Part shown: one piece after another, positions 45,696 through 54,575 of the stretch
Layout of the letters: each line of letters opens with the position of its first letter
Position numbering within the stretch: the first letter of the stretch is position 1
Source: Patescibacteria group bacterium
GTDB taxonomy: Bacteria > Patescibacteriota > Patescibacteriia > CAIXNZ01
Assembly: GCA_028714455.1 (NCBI GenBank)
Contig: JAQTMG010000003.1
Location: forward strand, 39,834-103,833
Reading direction: 5' to 3'
DNA: 64,000 bases
Notes under the pieces: generated by a model
Databases searched by the model: none
Seen by the model: the letters and a program-made list of their open reading frames with translations, nothing else
Told to the model about the DNA's origin: nothing
Made by a program: the position numbers and the translations under genes

Positions 45696-45766
45696 TAAAA
45701 TTTATTAAAAAGTCAAGAAAAAAAGAACCTACATTTACGGGGCTCTTTTAATTTATTTTAACCTAT

Positions 45767-47158
45767 CTATTGTATTTTCCCGTCAATTACCGAGACCGCG
45801 TTTGAGCAACTAAAATTATCCGAGTTATCCACACTGCAAACTTTATAATAATATGCTCCCACGCTGGTGATGTTAACTTCTTTGTCTAAATAATTTTCCT
45901 CCTTGATTTTTCTGGTCGTAAGTTTATCGGCTGAATACGCAGGTGACATATTATAAGCCGAACGCAAAATCGCATACTCTTTAAAATCAGAATCAGAATT
46001 TTTCGTCCAGTTTAAATTAACGCCGCTTTCAGAAATGGTGGCTGACAAAACCGGCGCCCGGGGCGGAGTCGTATCTTTAACTTCTTCGGCTTGGCCAAAC
46101 TGCGCGCCGATAACGTTGCCGCAAGCTACGTTGCCATCCAGCTTCACCACGCAGATTCTATAATAATATTTCTTGCCCTGCTCTGGCGAGGCATCGAGAT
46201 AAGAATTGGTTTCTTTGCCATCAAAAGATTTAATCGAACCATCGGCTGGAAATTTCGGCGAGGCGTTTGTTTCAGATCTGACGATTTGATAATTTTTGAA
46301 ATCATCGCGATTGTAGACAGACCAGGCCAGATAAATACCATTCTCTTTATTGGTCAGAGTTAAAAGTAGGCTGTCAATGACTGTTTCAAATTTGGGAGCG
46401 GTTTGGACTGCCGGGTTTAAACCTTTGTCTAAATCAAAATTCCATTTGTACCAAGGGTCGCTTTGCTGCAAGCCGGCGCTGGCAAAATTATCAATTTTTA
46501 ATATGTCTTTTTTGGCCGCAGACAAATTCAGACTGGCTTTTTCGTTCGGATCTAGACGCATGCCGACAATCAAATTATTATCGGCGTCTCGCGCTTCAAC
46601 TTCCACTTTTTTGTCAATCGCCAATACGGTTACGCTTTTTGACGCCGTCTCATTAATTACTTCGAATTTCGTGCCAAGCGCGGTTACTATCGCGTTTTGG
46701 GCCATAACCTTATAATTCGCGCCAACGCTCAAGTTGTAATAAACCCTGCCCTGCGTCTGCTTGACTATAAAATTTGTTTCGTCGGTATCTTGAAAAATGA
46801 TTTCCGTATTTTCCGCCAGCCTGATTATCGAGCCGTTTTCAAAATTCAAAATCGCTCGGCCATCGGCTGCCGTCTTTATTTTATCGCCCCGATGAATTAT
46901 CGTGTCAACGACTGCGGTCGCGTAATCTTTGTTTTCCACTGACATCTGGACGCCGCCGTAAATGCCAGACAGGCTCATTAAAATATTTTTACTTGACGCT
47001 ACCTGATTATTTTCGGCGGCCGGTTTCCCGATTTCAATTTTCGAAAAATAATTCGTGTAAAACCAGTATAAGAAAAATCCCGCGGCGACAATCACTCCGG
47101 CCGCGATCAGCCACTTGACGGGACTGGCCTTTCTTTTGTAATAATAAATCGCGCTCAT
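45767..47158 (-). CDS. Membrane-anchored FecR-domain protein with fibronectin-III-like repeats
   Basis: TM anchor, FecR-like segment DGRAILNFENGSIIRLAENTEIIF and two FN3-like Cys-containing modules. Confidence 0.45.
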   Translation of the reverse strand: MSAIYYYKRKASPVKWLIAAGVIVAAGFFLYWFYTNYFSKIEIGKPAAENNQVASSKNILMSLSGIYGGVQMSVENKDYATAVVDTIIHRGDKIKTAADGRAILNFENGSIIRLAENTEIIFQDTDETNFIVKQTQGRVYYNLSVGANYKVMAQNAIVTALGTKFEVINETASKSVTVLAIDKKVEVEARDADNNLIVGMRLDPNEKASLNLSAAKKDILKIDNFASAGLQQSDPWYKWNFDLDKGLNPAVQTAPKFETVIDSLLLTLTNKENGIYLAWSVYNRDDFKNYQIVRSETNASPKFPADGSIKSFDGKETNSYLDASPEQGKKYYYRICVVKLDGNVACGNVIGAQFGQAEEVKDTTPPRAPVLSATISESGVNLNWTKNSDSDFKEYAILRSAYNMSPAYSADKLTTRKIKEENYLDKEVNITSVGAYYYKVCSVDNSDNFSCSNAVSVIDGKIQ

Positions 47159-48333
47159 AGACTCAAAAGCTTATAAATATATTTTTTGATATCAAATTCC
47201 TGTGCCTTTATTTTAGCATTTTCCGAGAGATGAGAAAAATTGCCGATGTTTTGCAGGCTCAAATTCAGCTTGTTCAACAGACTAATCCTGTTGTTCGGTT
47301 CAAACAAATAGCCGCAAACGCCTTCCTGAATCAACTCGGGAATGCCGCCGATTGACGAGGCGATGACAGGTGTGGCGAATTTAAAGCTGTCATAAATCAC
47401 GCTCGGAGAATTTTCATAGCAAAGTGAAGGCACAATCGTGTAATGAACTTTTTTAAAAACCTCTCTGCCCAGCAGATTCGAGGAGATAAAGCCCAAAAAC
47501 TCGACCCAGTCGGCGTTCTCATATTTCTTTTTTAATTCATCTTCCAGACTCCCTCGACCCACCACCAAAAGCCGGCACTTGCCATTTTTATTAAATTCGG
47601 AAAAAACGTCCAGCAAAAAGGAGATGCCTTTATGCTTTTCCAGCTGACCCAGAAATAAATAATTTATTTTGTCATCTTCCAATTTTTTGTGCCAATTCGC
47701 GTCTTCCAAAATAATCGGGTTGGGCAAAACAACTTCTTTGGATTTTTTGAAAAAACCGCGCTGATGATAAAAATCCAAAAGCCATTTTGACGGGGAGACC
47801 ACGACCTCGGGGTTATTAAATAATTTCTGACAAATTTTGGCGTAAATTCGCGAAAGCCAACCCTCGCCTTCTTGACCGTAAATTATCAGACCAGAGGGAT
47901 TGACCAGTTGAACATCGTGAAGCGTATGAATATTTTTTAAACCCAAACTTTTAACGGCCGTGGGCGTTAAATAGCCAATACCTTTTAAATTATGCGTTAA
48001 AACAAGGTCTGGTTTTTCCTGCCGCAGGATTTCCTTAACTTGAAAATACGAATGTAAATTAAAAGCATCAATAATGTGCCACAAAAATCTTTTCCAGGCG
48101 GGTTGTTTGCCTATTTCCACAAATGAAAACAGGTTCAGAGGATAAAAACGATATATTTTAATATCATCCATCAGCGAAACAAAGAATTTTTTCTTGTCCT
48201 TGTGCCTGGAAATTGTGATAACAAAAACATCATGGCCGTCTTTTTTTAGTTCTTTGACAATGTTCGAAAATACAACCTCGGCCCCTCCCCGTTTATATGG
48301 CTTATACAAACTATTTATCAACGCAATTTTCAT
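47155..48333 (-). CDS. Glycosyltransferase family 4 (GT-B)
   Basis: MKIALINSLYKPYKRGGAEV N-terminus and a C-terminal E-X7-E-like region. Confidence 0.7.
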   Translation of the reverse strand: MKIALINSLYKPYKRGGAEVVFSNIVKELKKDGHDVFVITISRHKDKKKFFVSLMDDIKIYRFYPLNLFSFVEIGKQPAWKRFLWHIIDAFNLHSYFQVKEILRQEKPDLVLTHNLKGIGYLTPTAVKSLGLKNIHTLHDVQLVNPSGLIIYGQEGEGWLSRIYAKICQKLFNNPEVVVSPSKWLLDFYHQRGFFKKSKEVVLPNPIILEDANWHKKLEDDKINYLFLGQLEKHKGISFLLDVFSEFNKNGKCRLLVVGRGSLEDELKKKYENADWVEFLGFISSNLLGREVFKKVHYTIVPSLCYENSPSVIYDSFKFATPVIASSIGGIPELIQEGVCGYLFEPNNRISLLNKLNLSLQNIGNFSHLSENAKIKAQEFDIKKYIYKLLSL

Positions 48334-48451
48334 ATGCCTGAATTTACGAATATACTAATGTTAATTTTATTAAATTCCGAATCATTTGTTCTCAATTCTT
48401 TAGTATTCTTTATTCTAACCTCATATAACTTCATAAACATCATAAACTCCA

Positions 48452-49630
48452 TTAACTCTTGAGCAAATCTTCATAAATACCAACCAGCCTCCTAATCAAA
48501 TATTCCTGGCCAAAATATTTTTCAGCCTTTTGCCTACCCTGCTGGCCCATTTTTTCCCGAAGCTGATCGTCTGACAATAATTTGCTGACTCGGTTCGCCA
48601 AATCACCTTCATTTTTAACCTCAAAAAGAAAACCGTCAACCCCATCGCTAATCACACTGCGCACACCAGGCAAGTTTGAAGCGACTACCGGCTTGCCGCA
48701 GGCCATAGCTTCAATCAGGGTAATGCCAAACGCTTCGGATCTGTCAACCGAGGGCAGGACAACCAGATCGGCGAGGTTATAATAGTCGGCGATTTTTTCG
48801 TCCGTGACTGGATCAGCGAAAATTATTTTCCCGGCCAGACCCGCCTTGGACACTTCGTCTTTATATTTATTTTTTAGATTCCCCTCACCGACAATCAATA
48901 GCTTAACGTGATAATTAGAATCCTGACCGCCCGAATAATCGAGAACGTTGAAAGAATCAATCAAAAATTTAATGCCCTTGAAATAATGGGCCTTATCCAG
49001 CGCGCCGACAAATAGCATGACTCTATCAATTTCTGAATTTATTCCATATTTATAGAGCAGCTCCTTATTTTTCTTGGAGGGAAAAAACTTTTCCAAGTCA
49101 ACGCTCGGCGGCAATTCCAAAAATTTTTCCGGAGTTTTGGCCACCAGGGCGTTAATATTCGAGGTCTGCGCGTAGTCAAGCGAGGTGACAATAACTTTAT
49201 CAGCGGAATTTATTATGCGAGGCATGATGAACTTGGTATGAAAACTAAAAAATGGTTTCATAAAAATTCCGCCCACCACATCCATATGATAAGTGATCAC
49301 CAGATTTATTTTGCTCTCGTTTAATAGCTTAGCCAGCCAAACCACTTCAGCGCCGCCAAAAAAGGGATAATGCAAGTGCACAATATCAAAATCTTTTAAG
49401 GACCAGAGCAATTGCGGCAAAAAAGCGCCGTTGCCGAGCCGGCCAAAAGTCGAGAGCCGCTTAATCTCAAACTCATCGCTCTTATAATTTTTATCATCTA
49501 CGTTATAAAGCGGCGTAAAAACCGTGACTTGGTGCCCCAATTTGGCCAAACCTAATGATTCCTCGGCGGCCATATTACTGATACCGCCTTTGTAGGGCTT
49601 AAACCGACAAACTATTTGAGCTATTTTCAT
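48452..49630 (-). CDS. Glycosyltransferase family 4 (GT-B)
   Basis: GT4 hallmarks: C-terminal E-X7-E-like region (SEAFGITLIEAMACGKPVV) and an N-terminal GGxxxxxxE-like motif. Confidence 0.7.
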   Translation of the reverse strand: MKIAQIVCRFKPYKGGISNMAAEESLGLAKLGHQVTVFTPLYNVDDKNYKSDEFEIKRLSTFGRLGNGAFLPQLLWSLKDFDIVHLHYPFFGGAEVVWLAKLLNESKINLVITYHMDVVGGIFMKPFFSFHTKFIMPRIINSADKVIVTSLDYAQTSNINALVAKTPEKFLELPPSVDLEKFFPSKKNKELLYKYGINSEIDRVMLFVGALDKAHYFKGIKFLIDSFNVLDYSGGQDSNYHVKLLIVGEGNLKNKYKDEVSKAGLAGKIIFADPVTDEKIADYYNLADLVVLPSVDRSEAFGITLIEAMACGKPVVASNLPGVRSVISDGVDGFLFEVKNEGDLANRVSKLLSDDQLREKMGQQGRQKAEKYFGQEYLIRRLVGIYEDLLKS

Positions 49631-49716
49631 AATAATACTAATTTACTAATTCATGTTAATTATATGGATATTCACCGATCGGTATTATTCGTAATTATCC
49701 GTTTATTAGTATCCAA

Positions 49717-50760
49717 CTACCAAACTATCAAGTGTTTTATTATTTGCCAATATAAATTAAAAACCGGATTGGCGATTTTCTTTATAAAAAAATTATCAAT
49801 TTCCTGAAATTCAATTCTGCCGGTAAAAAATTTTATAACCTCTTTATCCCCTGTTACTCTTTTTGCCCGTTTCTCCCTTCTTTCTCTTCTGATTTTCTTC
49901 CACGTCTTCGGCTTTAAAAAATATCCGCAAACTTTTAACTTCTCTAACCAAAAACCAGACTTGATTGAAAAAATGAATAAACCGATTTCCATCAAGAGCC
50001 AAGTCGGAAAAATTAAAATCAAAGTGCCCAGTTTATAATTTTCCAAAAGGCAGATCAAACGGTTTCTTTCCATGAAATAATATTTTTTGATGCTCTTGGA
50101 AAATTGATATTTATGATAAACAACTGCCTCTGGCACAAGTAAAATATCGTAGCCGGCCAGCCTCGCGCGCCAACCCAAGTCAAGATCCTCGTGGTACATG
50201 AAAAAATCCGGGTCGAAAAGACCAATCTTTTTTAAAACCTCGGTCTTGATTAAAACCGCGGCGCCGCTGGCGTAAGCGATTTCCCTGGGCGTCAAATTCC
50301 CGCTAAACTTCTGGTAACCGCCGCTGGAAAAACCAAAGCCCAAAAAATGAATTGAATTGCCCAGCGAATTAACCTTATCTTTTTCCGGCCAGAGCATCAA
50401 TCGCGGTTGTACCGCCGCGACTCTCTCGTCTCTCAAAACCGAAATTAATTTATTGAGAGAATCGGGCTCTGAAACCGTATCCTGATTGATGAGATAAACA
50501 AAATCAAAGCTCTCGGCCACGGCTTTTTCCAGGGCCAGATTATTACCAGCCGCAAAACCCAAATTTTCTTTGTTGATTATCAAATCGACAGCCGGATAAT
50601 TATGCTTGACAAATTCAAGCGAGTCATCGGTTGAGGCGTTATCAACTAAAAATATTTTTAAATCCTCTTTCGGGTAATCCAAATTCAAGAGTGACTTCAG
50701 GCAATCGTCAAGATATTCCCTGCCGTTGAAATTAACGATTATTACCGCGACTTTATCCAT
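49717..50760 (-). CDS. Glycosyltransferase family 2 (GT-A) with C-terminal TM segments
   Basis: AVIIVNFNG, DNASTDDS and a DxD-like region. Confidence 0.7.
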   Translation of the reverse strand: MDKVAVIIVNFNGREYLDDCLKSLLNLDYPKEDLKIFLVDNASTDDSLEFVKHNYPAVDLIINKENLGFAAGNNLALEKAVAESFDFVYLINQDTVSEPDSLNKLISVLRDERVAAVQPRLMLWPEKDKVNSLGNSIHFLGFGFSSGGYQKFSGNLTPREIAYASGAAVLIKTEVLKKIGLFDPDFFMYHEDLDLGWRARLAGYDILLVPEAVVYHKYQFSKSIKKYYFMERNRLICLLENYKLGTLILIFPTWLLMEIGLFIFSIKSGFWLEKLKVCGYFLKPKTWKKIRRERREKRAKRVTGDKEVIKFFTGRIEFQEIDNFFIKKIANPVFNLYWQIIKHLIVW

Positions 50761-50817
50761 ATAGTTTTAAAAAGGTAGAGACGGCTCTACCCTTTTATTT
50801 ATAATATTTTTCAGGTG

Positions 50818-51846
50818 TTAGCCTTTTATTTCCGTGTGATTCCAGTCAACCAAAACTTTATGCGCCTTGGCGAATTCAATCGTCTCGGCCAGACCCTGGT
50901 CAAGAGTCACGACCGGGAACCATTCCAGCTTATCTTTGGCCAGACTGATATTCGGTATGCTCAAGCGAGACATGAAAAGCAGCGGATCTGAATATTGTAT
51001 TTCTGATTTTGAGCCGGTCATTTTTATAATCATTTTAGCCACGTCTGAAACTTTATATTCCTGTGAGGCGCCTACGTTAAACGGGCCTGCCTCGCTTGAG
51101 GCCATCATTTTCAGCGCCGCGTCAATCGCGTCTGAAACATAGCAAAGCGTCATGGTAAATTTTGTGTCTCCGTAAATCTTAAGCGGCTGATTATCCAAAG
51201 CCGCCACGATAAAATCCGGAATCATATGACCGACAAACAGGGGCATGCGCGGCCCATAAGTCGTAAAGATTCTTAAAATTTTCGCGTCAAGGCCGTAAAA
51301 TTGTTTGTAAGTGTAGACTAATGTTTCGGCAAACCTCTTGCCTTCGTCATAACAGGCGCGGGGTGTCAAGGGACTGGTGGCGTGATAACTTTCTTCAGCA
51401 ACAATCGGCTTTTTCTCGTCGCGCGGTCCATAAACAACGGAAGAAGAAAAATGCAAAAATTTGGCCTTGTATTTGATGGCCAGCTCAAGGCCTCTGATAG
51501 TGCCCAGGCTGTTGGTCTTGGCGCTCTCAACGATTGTCTCGGAAAAATTTTTGGGGCTGGTCGGGCAGGCCAGATTATAAATCTCCTGAATGCCCTGAAA
51601 TTTCACCTTGAATCTTTCTAGCTCTTTATATTTTTCCAAATCAATAAGATTGTTGACATCATCGTTAATAAAAATAAAATTTTCCTGCGACATTAGATTT
51701 TCAATGTTCTCGCGTTTGCCAGAAATAAAATTATCAACGCAAATCACATTATTATCGGCAACTAACTTATCGCAAAGATGAGAGCCTAAAAATCCGGCTC
51801 CTCCCAAAACCAGAATGTTTTTCTTGGCAAAAACTCCGTTTGGCAT
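50818..51846 (-). CDS. NAD-dependent epimerase/dehydratase (UDP-glucuronate decarboxylase/UXS-like)
   Basis: ILVLGGAGFLGSHLCDKL Rossmann motif and a YDEGKR catalytic motif. Confidence 0.65.
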   Translation of the reverse strand: MPNGVFAKKNILVLGGAGFLGSHLCDKLVADNNVICVDNFISGKRENIENLMSQENFIFINDDVNNLIDLEKYKELERFKVKFQGIQEIYNLACPTSPKNFSETIVESAKTNSLGTIRGLELAIKYKAKFLHFSSSVVYGPRDEKKPIVAEESYHATSPLTPRACYDEGKRFAETLVYTYKQFYGLDAKILRIFTTYGPRMPLFVGHMIPDFIVAALDNQPLKIYGDTKFTMTLCYVSDAIDAALKMMASSEAGPFNVGASQEYKVSDVAKMIIKMTGSKSEIQYSDPLLFMSRLSIPNISLAKDKLEWFPVVTLDQGLAETIEFAKAHKVLVDWNHTEIKG

Positions 51847-51970
51847 ATTGTTGTAATTCTTAATTAATAATTACTAATTTTAATAATTTTAAATTAGTCA
51901 TTAAATAAAAATTTAAAATTAATCATTGATGTATATATATTTTATCAAAAATAACGGAATAGATAAAGGG

Positions 51971-52396
51971 TTAATTTTTGGCTAACTTTAAATCTTTTTT
52001 GAACGTCCAATATTTATTGGCGAAAAAATTCCAAAATAAACCCAGGGCGATGGCCACAAGCTTGGCCAGAAGGTCAAAAACGTTCAGATATTTTACGCTA
52101 AAATAAAAGATGGCGTTGTACAAAATAAAGTAAAAAATCGCTATCAAAAAAAATTTCAGATACTGGCTGGCCAGCTTATTTTCAAAATTGCCAAACGTCC
52201 AGTACTTATTCGCGAAAAAACTGAAAGTCATGGCCACCAGCACCGAGACGATGTTGGCGTAAAGAAAATACAAACCCAGCGCTCGGCTAAAAAATAAATA
52301 GACACCATAATCGATAATGGTGTTAAGGATTCCGACCAGGCAAAATTTTAAAAACTGCCTGACGATTTCTTTTTTTGTATATTTTTCAATCATCAA
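51971..52396 (-). CDS. GtrA-family membrane protein
   Basis: 141 aa with four TM helices and GtrA-like motifs (FLKFCLVGILNTIIDYGVY, KYWTF repeated twice). Confidence 0.65.
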   Translation of the reverse strand: MMIEKYTKKEIVRQFLKFCLVGILNTIIDYGVYLFFSRALGLYFLYANIVSVLVAMTFSFFANKYWTFGNFENKLASQYLKFFLIAIFYFILYNAIFYFSVKYLNVFDLLAKLVAIALGLFWNFFANKYWTFKKDLKLAKN

Positions 52397-53982
52397 TTTA
52401 AATTGGCTGCTGAAAAAAGACCCTTATCGGCGTCAATCGAGGTTGCGCCGGCGATTTCAGCGGCCAGATCATAAGCCGCCGAGCTGTCAATCGGAGCGCC
52501 GCTTTGATAATTGGCGAAAAATGAATCCGGCACGTCCTTAACTTTATTTTGCCAAGCAGATCCGAAAATCGAGAGTGCCAGGTCCTCTGATTTAACCCAG
52601 CGCAAAACCCCGCCGCGAGAAACCGCATAGACTTTGGGATCGGTGGCGATTTTCACCAAACTGCCTGGCTTGAGATTCACCACGCCGCCAAATGGAATCT
52701 CCGCCAAACTCGCGTCAGATATTTTTTGCACGCCGCTAAAATCAAGATACCAGCTTAGATAGGTCTGTTTATCTGGAAAGGCGTAGCGCTTGCCGTCAGC
52801 GCCATGATAATAAACCGTATCTTGAGACCCTTTGATGAGCGGATTGGCTACCGGCACGACGTTCAGAGCTTGAAAAATTTTAACCGGATTAATCAGCCCG
52901 TGACCCATTTCACCGGCAAATTGCGGACTGTTCGCGTCCAGGTTATCGGCATTATTTAAAATCAAGTCCATTATTTCCTGGCCGTTTAAACTCGGCTTAA
53001 ACGATTTAATAAGCGCCGCGAGTCCCGAGACGACCGGTGCCGCTAGCGAAGTGCCTGAATATCCCCCGCCGAAATAAGCGCTAAACGAGGCGTTGTTCGC
53101 GTCAAATAAAAGCGTGCCCCAAAAATCCTCGCCTGGCGCTATCACGTCAATGCAACTTGAACCAAAATTGGAAAAATTGGCGAGCCGGTCGTTTTTATCG
53201 CTGGCGCCCACGCCGAGCACGATGTTCTCGCCGTTAGTCCCCTGGAAACAGACCGGATACATTTTGATAGAATCCAGATTGATTGAATGGCCGAAAGAAC
53301 TTTCATTACCGGCGGCCGCTATAACCAGAATGTTATTTATATAAGCCCTCTCCACGGCTTTTTCCAGCGAAGCGTCGTAAGTGTCGCCGACAAAACTTAG
53401 ATTTATAATACTCGCCCCGTTATCAATGGCGTAATTGACGGCTCTGACCACGTCCGAAGTATCGCCCGCGCCGTTTTCATTCAAGACGCGCAGCGGCATA
53501 ATTTTTACGGTCCAGGCCAGGCCGACCGTCCCAAAACCATTATTGCCGACGGCGCCGATTACTCCGGCAATCAGAGTGCCGTGCAAGATCGCCTCCTTGG
53601 TACAGGTGGAAGCGGCCAGACAGTTCTCGCCAAATTTCGGCGTCGGATTATTATTATTTTCAATAAAATCCCAACCGTTGAGATCGTCAATATAGCCATT
53701 ATGATCATTGTCAATTCCGTCATTGGCAATTTCCTTTTGATTTACCCATATATTGTCATGCAAATCGGGGTGTGAAATGTCCACGCCAGAGTCAATCACG
53801 GCCACGATAACACTGCCGCTGCCCGTTTCCTGACCCCAGACTTTTGGCATCTGTAAATCGCTTAAATACCACTGTTTGGAATAATCGGAATCGTTTGGCA
53901 CCAATTCCGCGGCCAAACAAAAATTGCCCAAAGAAAACAGGGTCATAAAAATAATTAACTTTAAAATATTTTTATTTTTCAT
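52393..53982 (-). CDS. Secreted subtilisin-like serine protease (S8) with C-terminal shared ~115-aa domain
   Basis: Signal peptide; catalytic Asp, His and Ser regions (DSGVDISHPDL, HGTLIAGVIGAVGN, GTSLAAPVVSGLAAL); C-terminal domain homologous to those in 54576..56273 and 57099..61037. Confidence 0.85.
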   Translation of the reverse strand: MKNKNILKLIIFMTLFSLGNFCLAAELVPNDSDYSKQWYLSDLQMPKVWGQETGSGSVIVAVIDSGVDISHPDLHDNIWVNQKEIANDGIDNDHNGYIDDLNGWDFIENNNNPTPKFGENCLAASTCTKEAILHGTLIAGVIGAVGNNGFGTVGLAWTVKIMPLRVLNENGAGDTSDVVRAVNYAIDNGASIINLSFVGDTYDASLEKAVERAYINNILVIAAAGNESSFGHSINLDSIKMYPVCFQGTNGENIVLGVGASDKNDRLANFSNFGSSCIDVIAPGEDFWGTLLFDANNASFSAYFGGGYSGTSLAAPVVSGLAALIKSFKPSLNGQEIMDLILNNADNLDANSPQFAGEMGHGLINPVKIFQALNVVPVANPLIKGSQDTVYYHGADGKRYAFPDKQTYLSWYLDFSGVQKISDASLAEIPFGGVVNLKPGSLVKIATDPKVYAVSRGGVLRWVKSEDLALSIFGSAWQNKVKDVPDSFFANYQSGAPIDSSAAYDLAAEIAGATSIDADKGLFSAANLN

Positions 53983-54564
53983 TTAATATTCAATGAAATC
54001 TGTTTTAAAAATTGATTGATCACCGATTTCATAATTTCGCCAGGAAGAATAGGGATATTTTGAAATATCTTCAACTAAGCGAGCAGAAATCGGATTGTTG
54101 TGGATATAATTTAATTTTTCGTTAAATTTCTTGCCAGAATAGATATTAAAGTCGTAAAAACTGGGCTGCCAGATTCTCCTCATCCTCCGGGTAGCCAAGG
54201 CCCCTGCGCCTTGGCTTTTTAAGGGCAAGGCGTATGAGCCTTGCCTACCTATAAAAGAGATGGGTGGGTCTTGCCGACCCGACATGGAATCAAATAAATA
54301 TTCATTAATCAACCTGGAACTATATCCTTTCACCCCGTGCATTATTCTGGAAATGGTTAATTTCGGATTTTCAAAATAAACCAACAAATGGACATGGTCA
54401 GGCATAATACAATACCCATATATCTTCAAATTAAATTTTTTCCGATAATAATCGAGGTTATCTAAAAACAACCGACAGCATTTATCATCTGTAAAAAATT
54501 TTTGTCTGCCGTGTGTATTGGCCGTTACAAAATGGATATGACCCAAATCATTAAATCTGTGCAT
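53983..54564 (-). CDS. IS200/IS605-family Y1 transposase-like protein (RAYT-like) with in-frame structured insertion
   Basis: HuH motif MPDHVHLLV and C-terminal YDFNIY..NYIHNNPISARL (RAYT-like). A roughly 110-bp insert at 54178-54290 contains hairpins CCAAGGC..GCCTTGG and GGCAAGGC..GCCTTGCC and is translated in-frame (RRMRRIWQ..). Confidence 0.6.
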   Translation of the reverse strand: MHRFNDLGHIHFVTANTHGRQKFFTDDKCCRLFLDNLDYYRKKFNLKIYGYCIMPDHVHLLVYFENPKLTISRIMHGVKGYSSRLINEYLFDSMSGRQDPPISFIGRQGSYALPLKSQGAGALATRRMRRIWQPSFYDFNIYSGKKFNEKLNYIHNNPISARLVEDISKYPYSSWRNYEIGDQSIFKTDFIEY

Positions 54565-54575
54565 CTAATTTCCGT

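Noticed and set aside
44031-45766. Reverse transcriptase as a group II intron-encoded protein
   Set aside because: No maturase (X), DNA-binding or endonuclease domain follows motif C. I see no domain V-like GAGC..GUUC hairpin or intron boundaries flanking the ORF. The RNA is upstream, not surrounding the ORF. This cannot be fully excluded without covariance-model searches.
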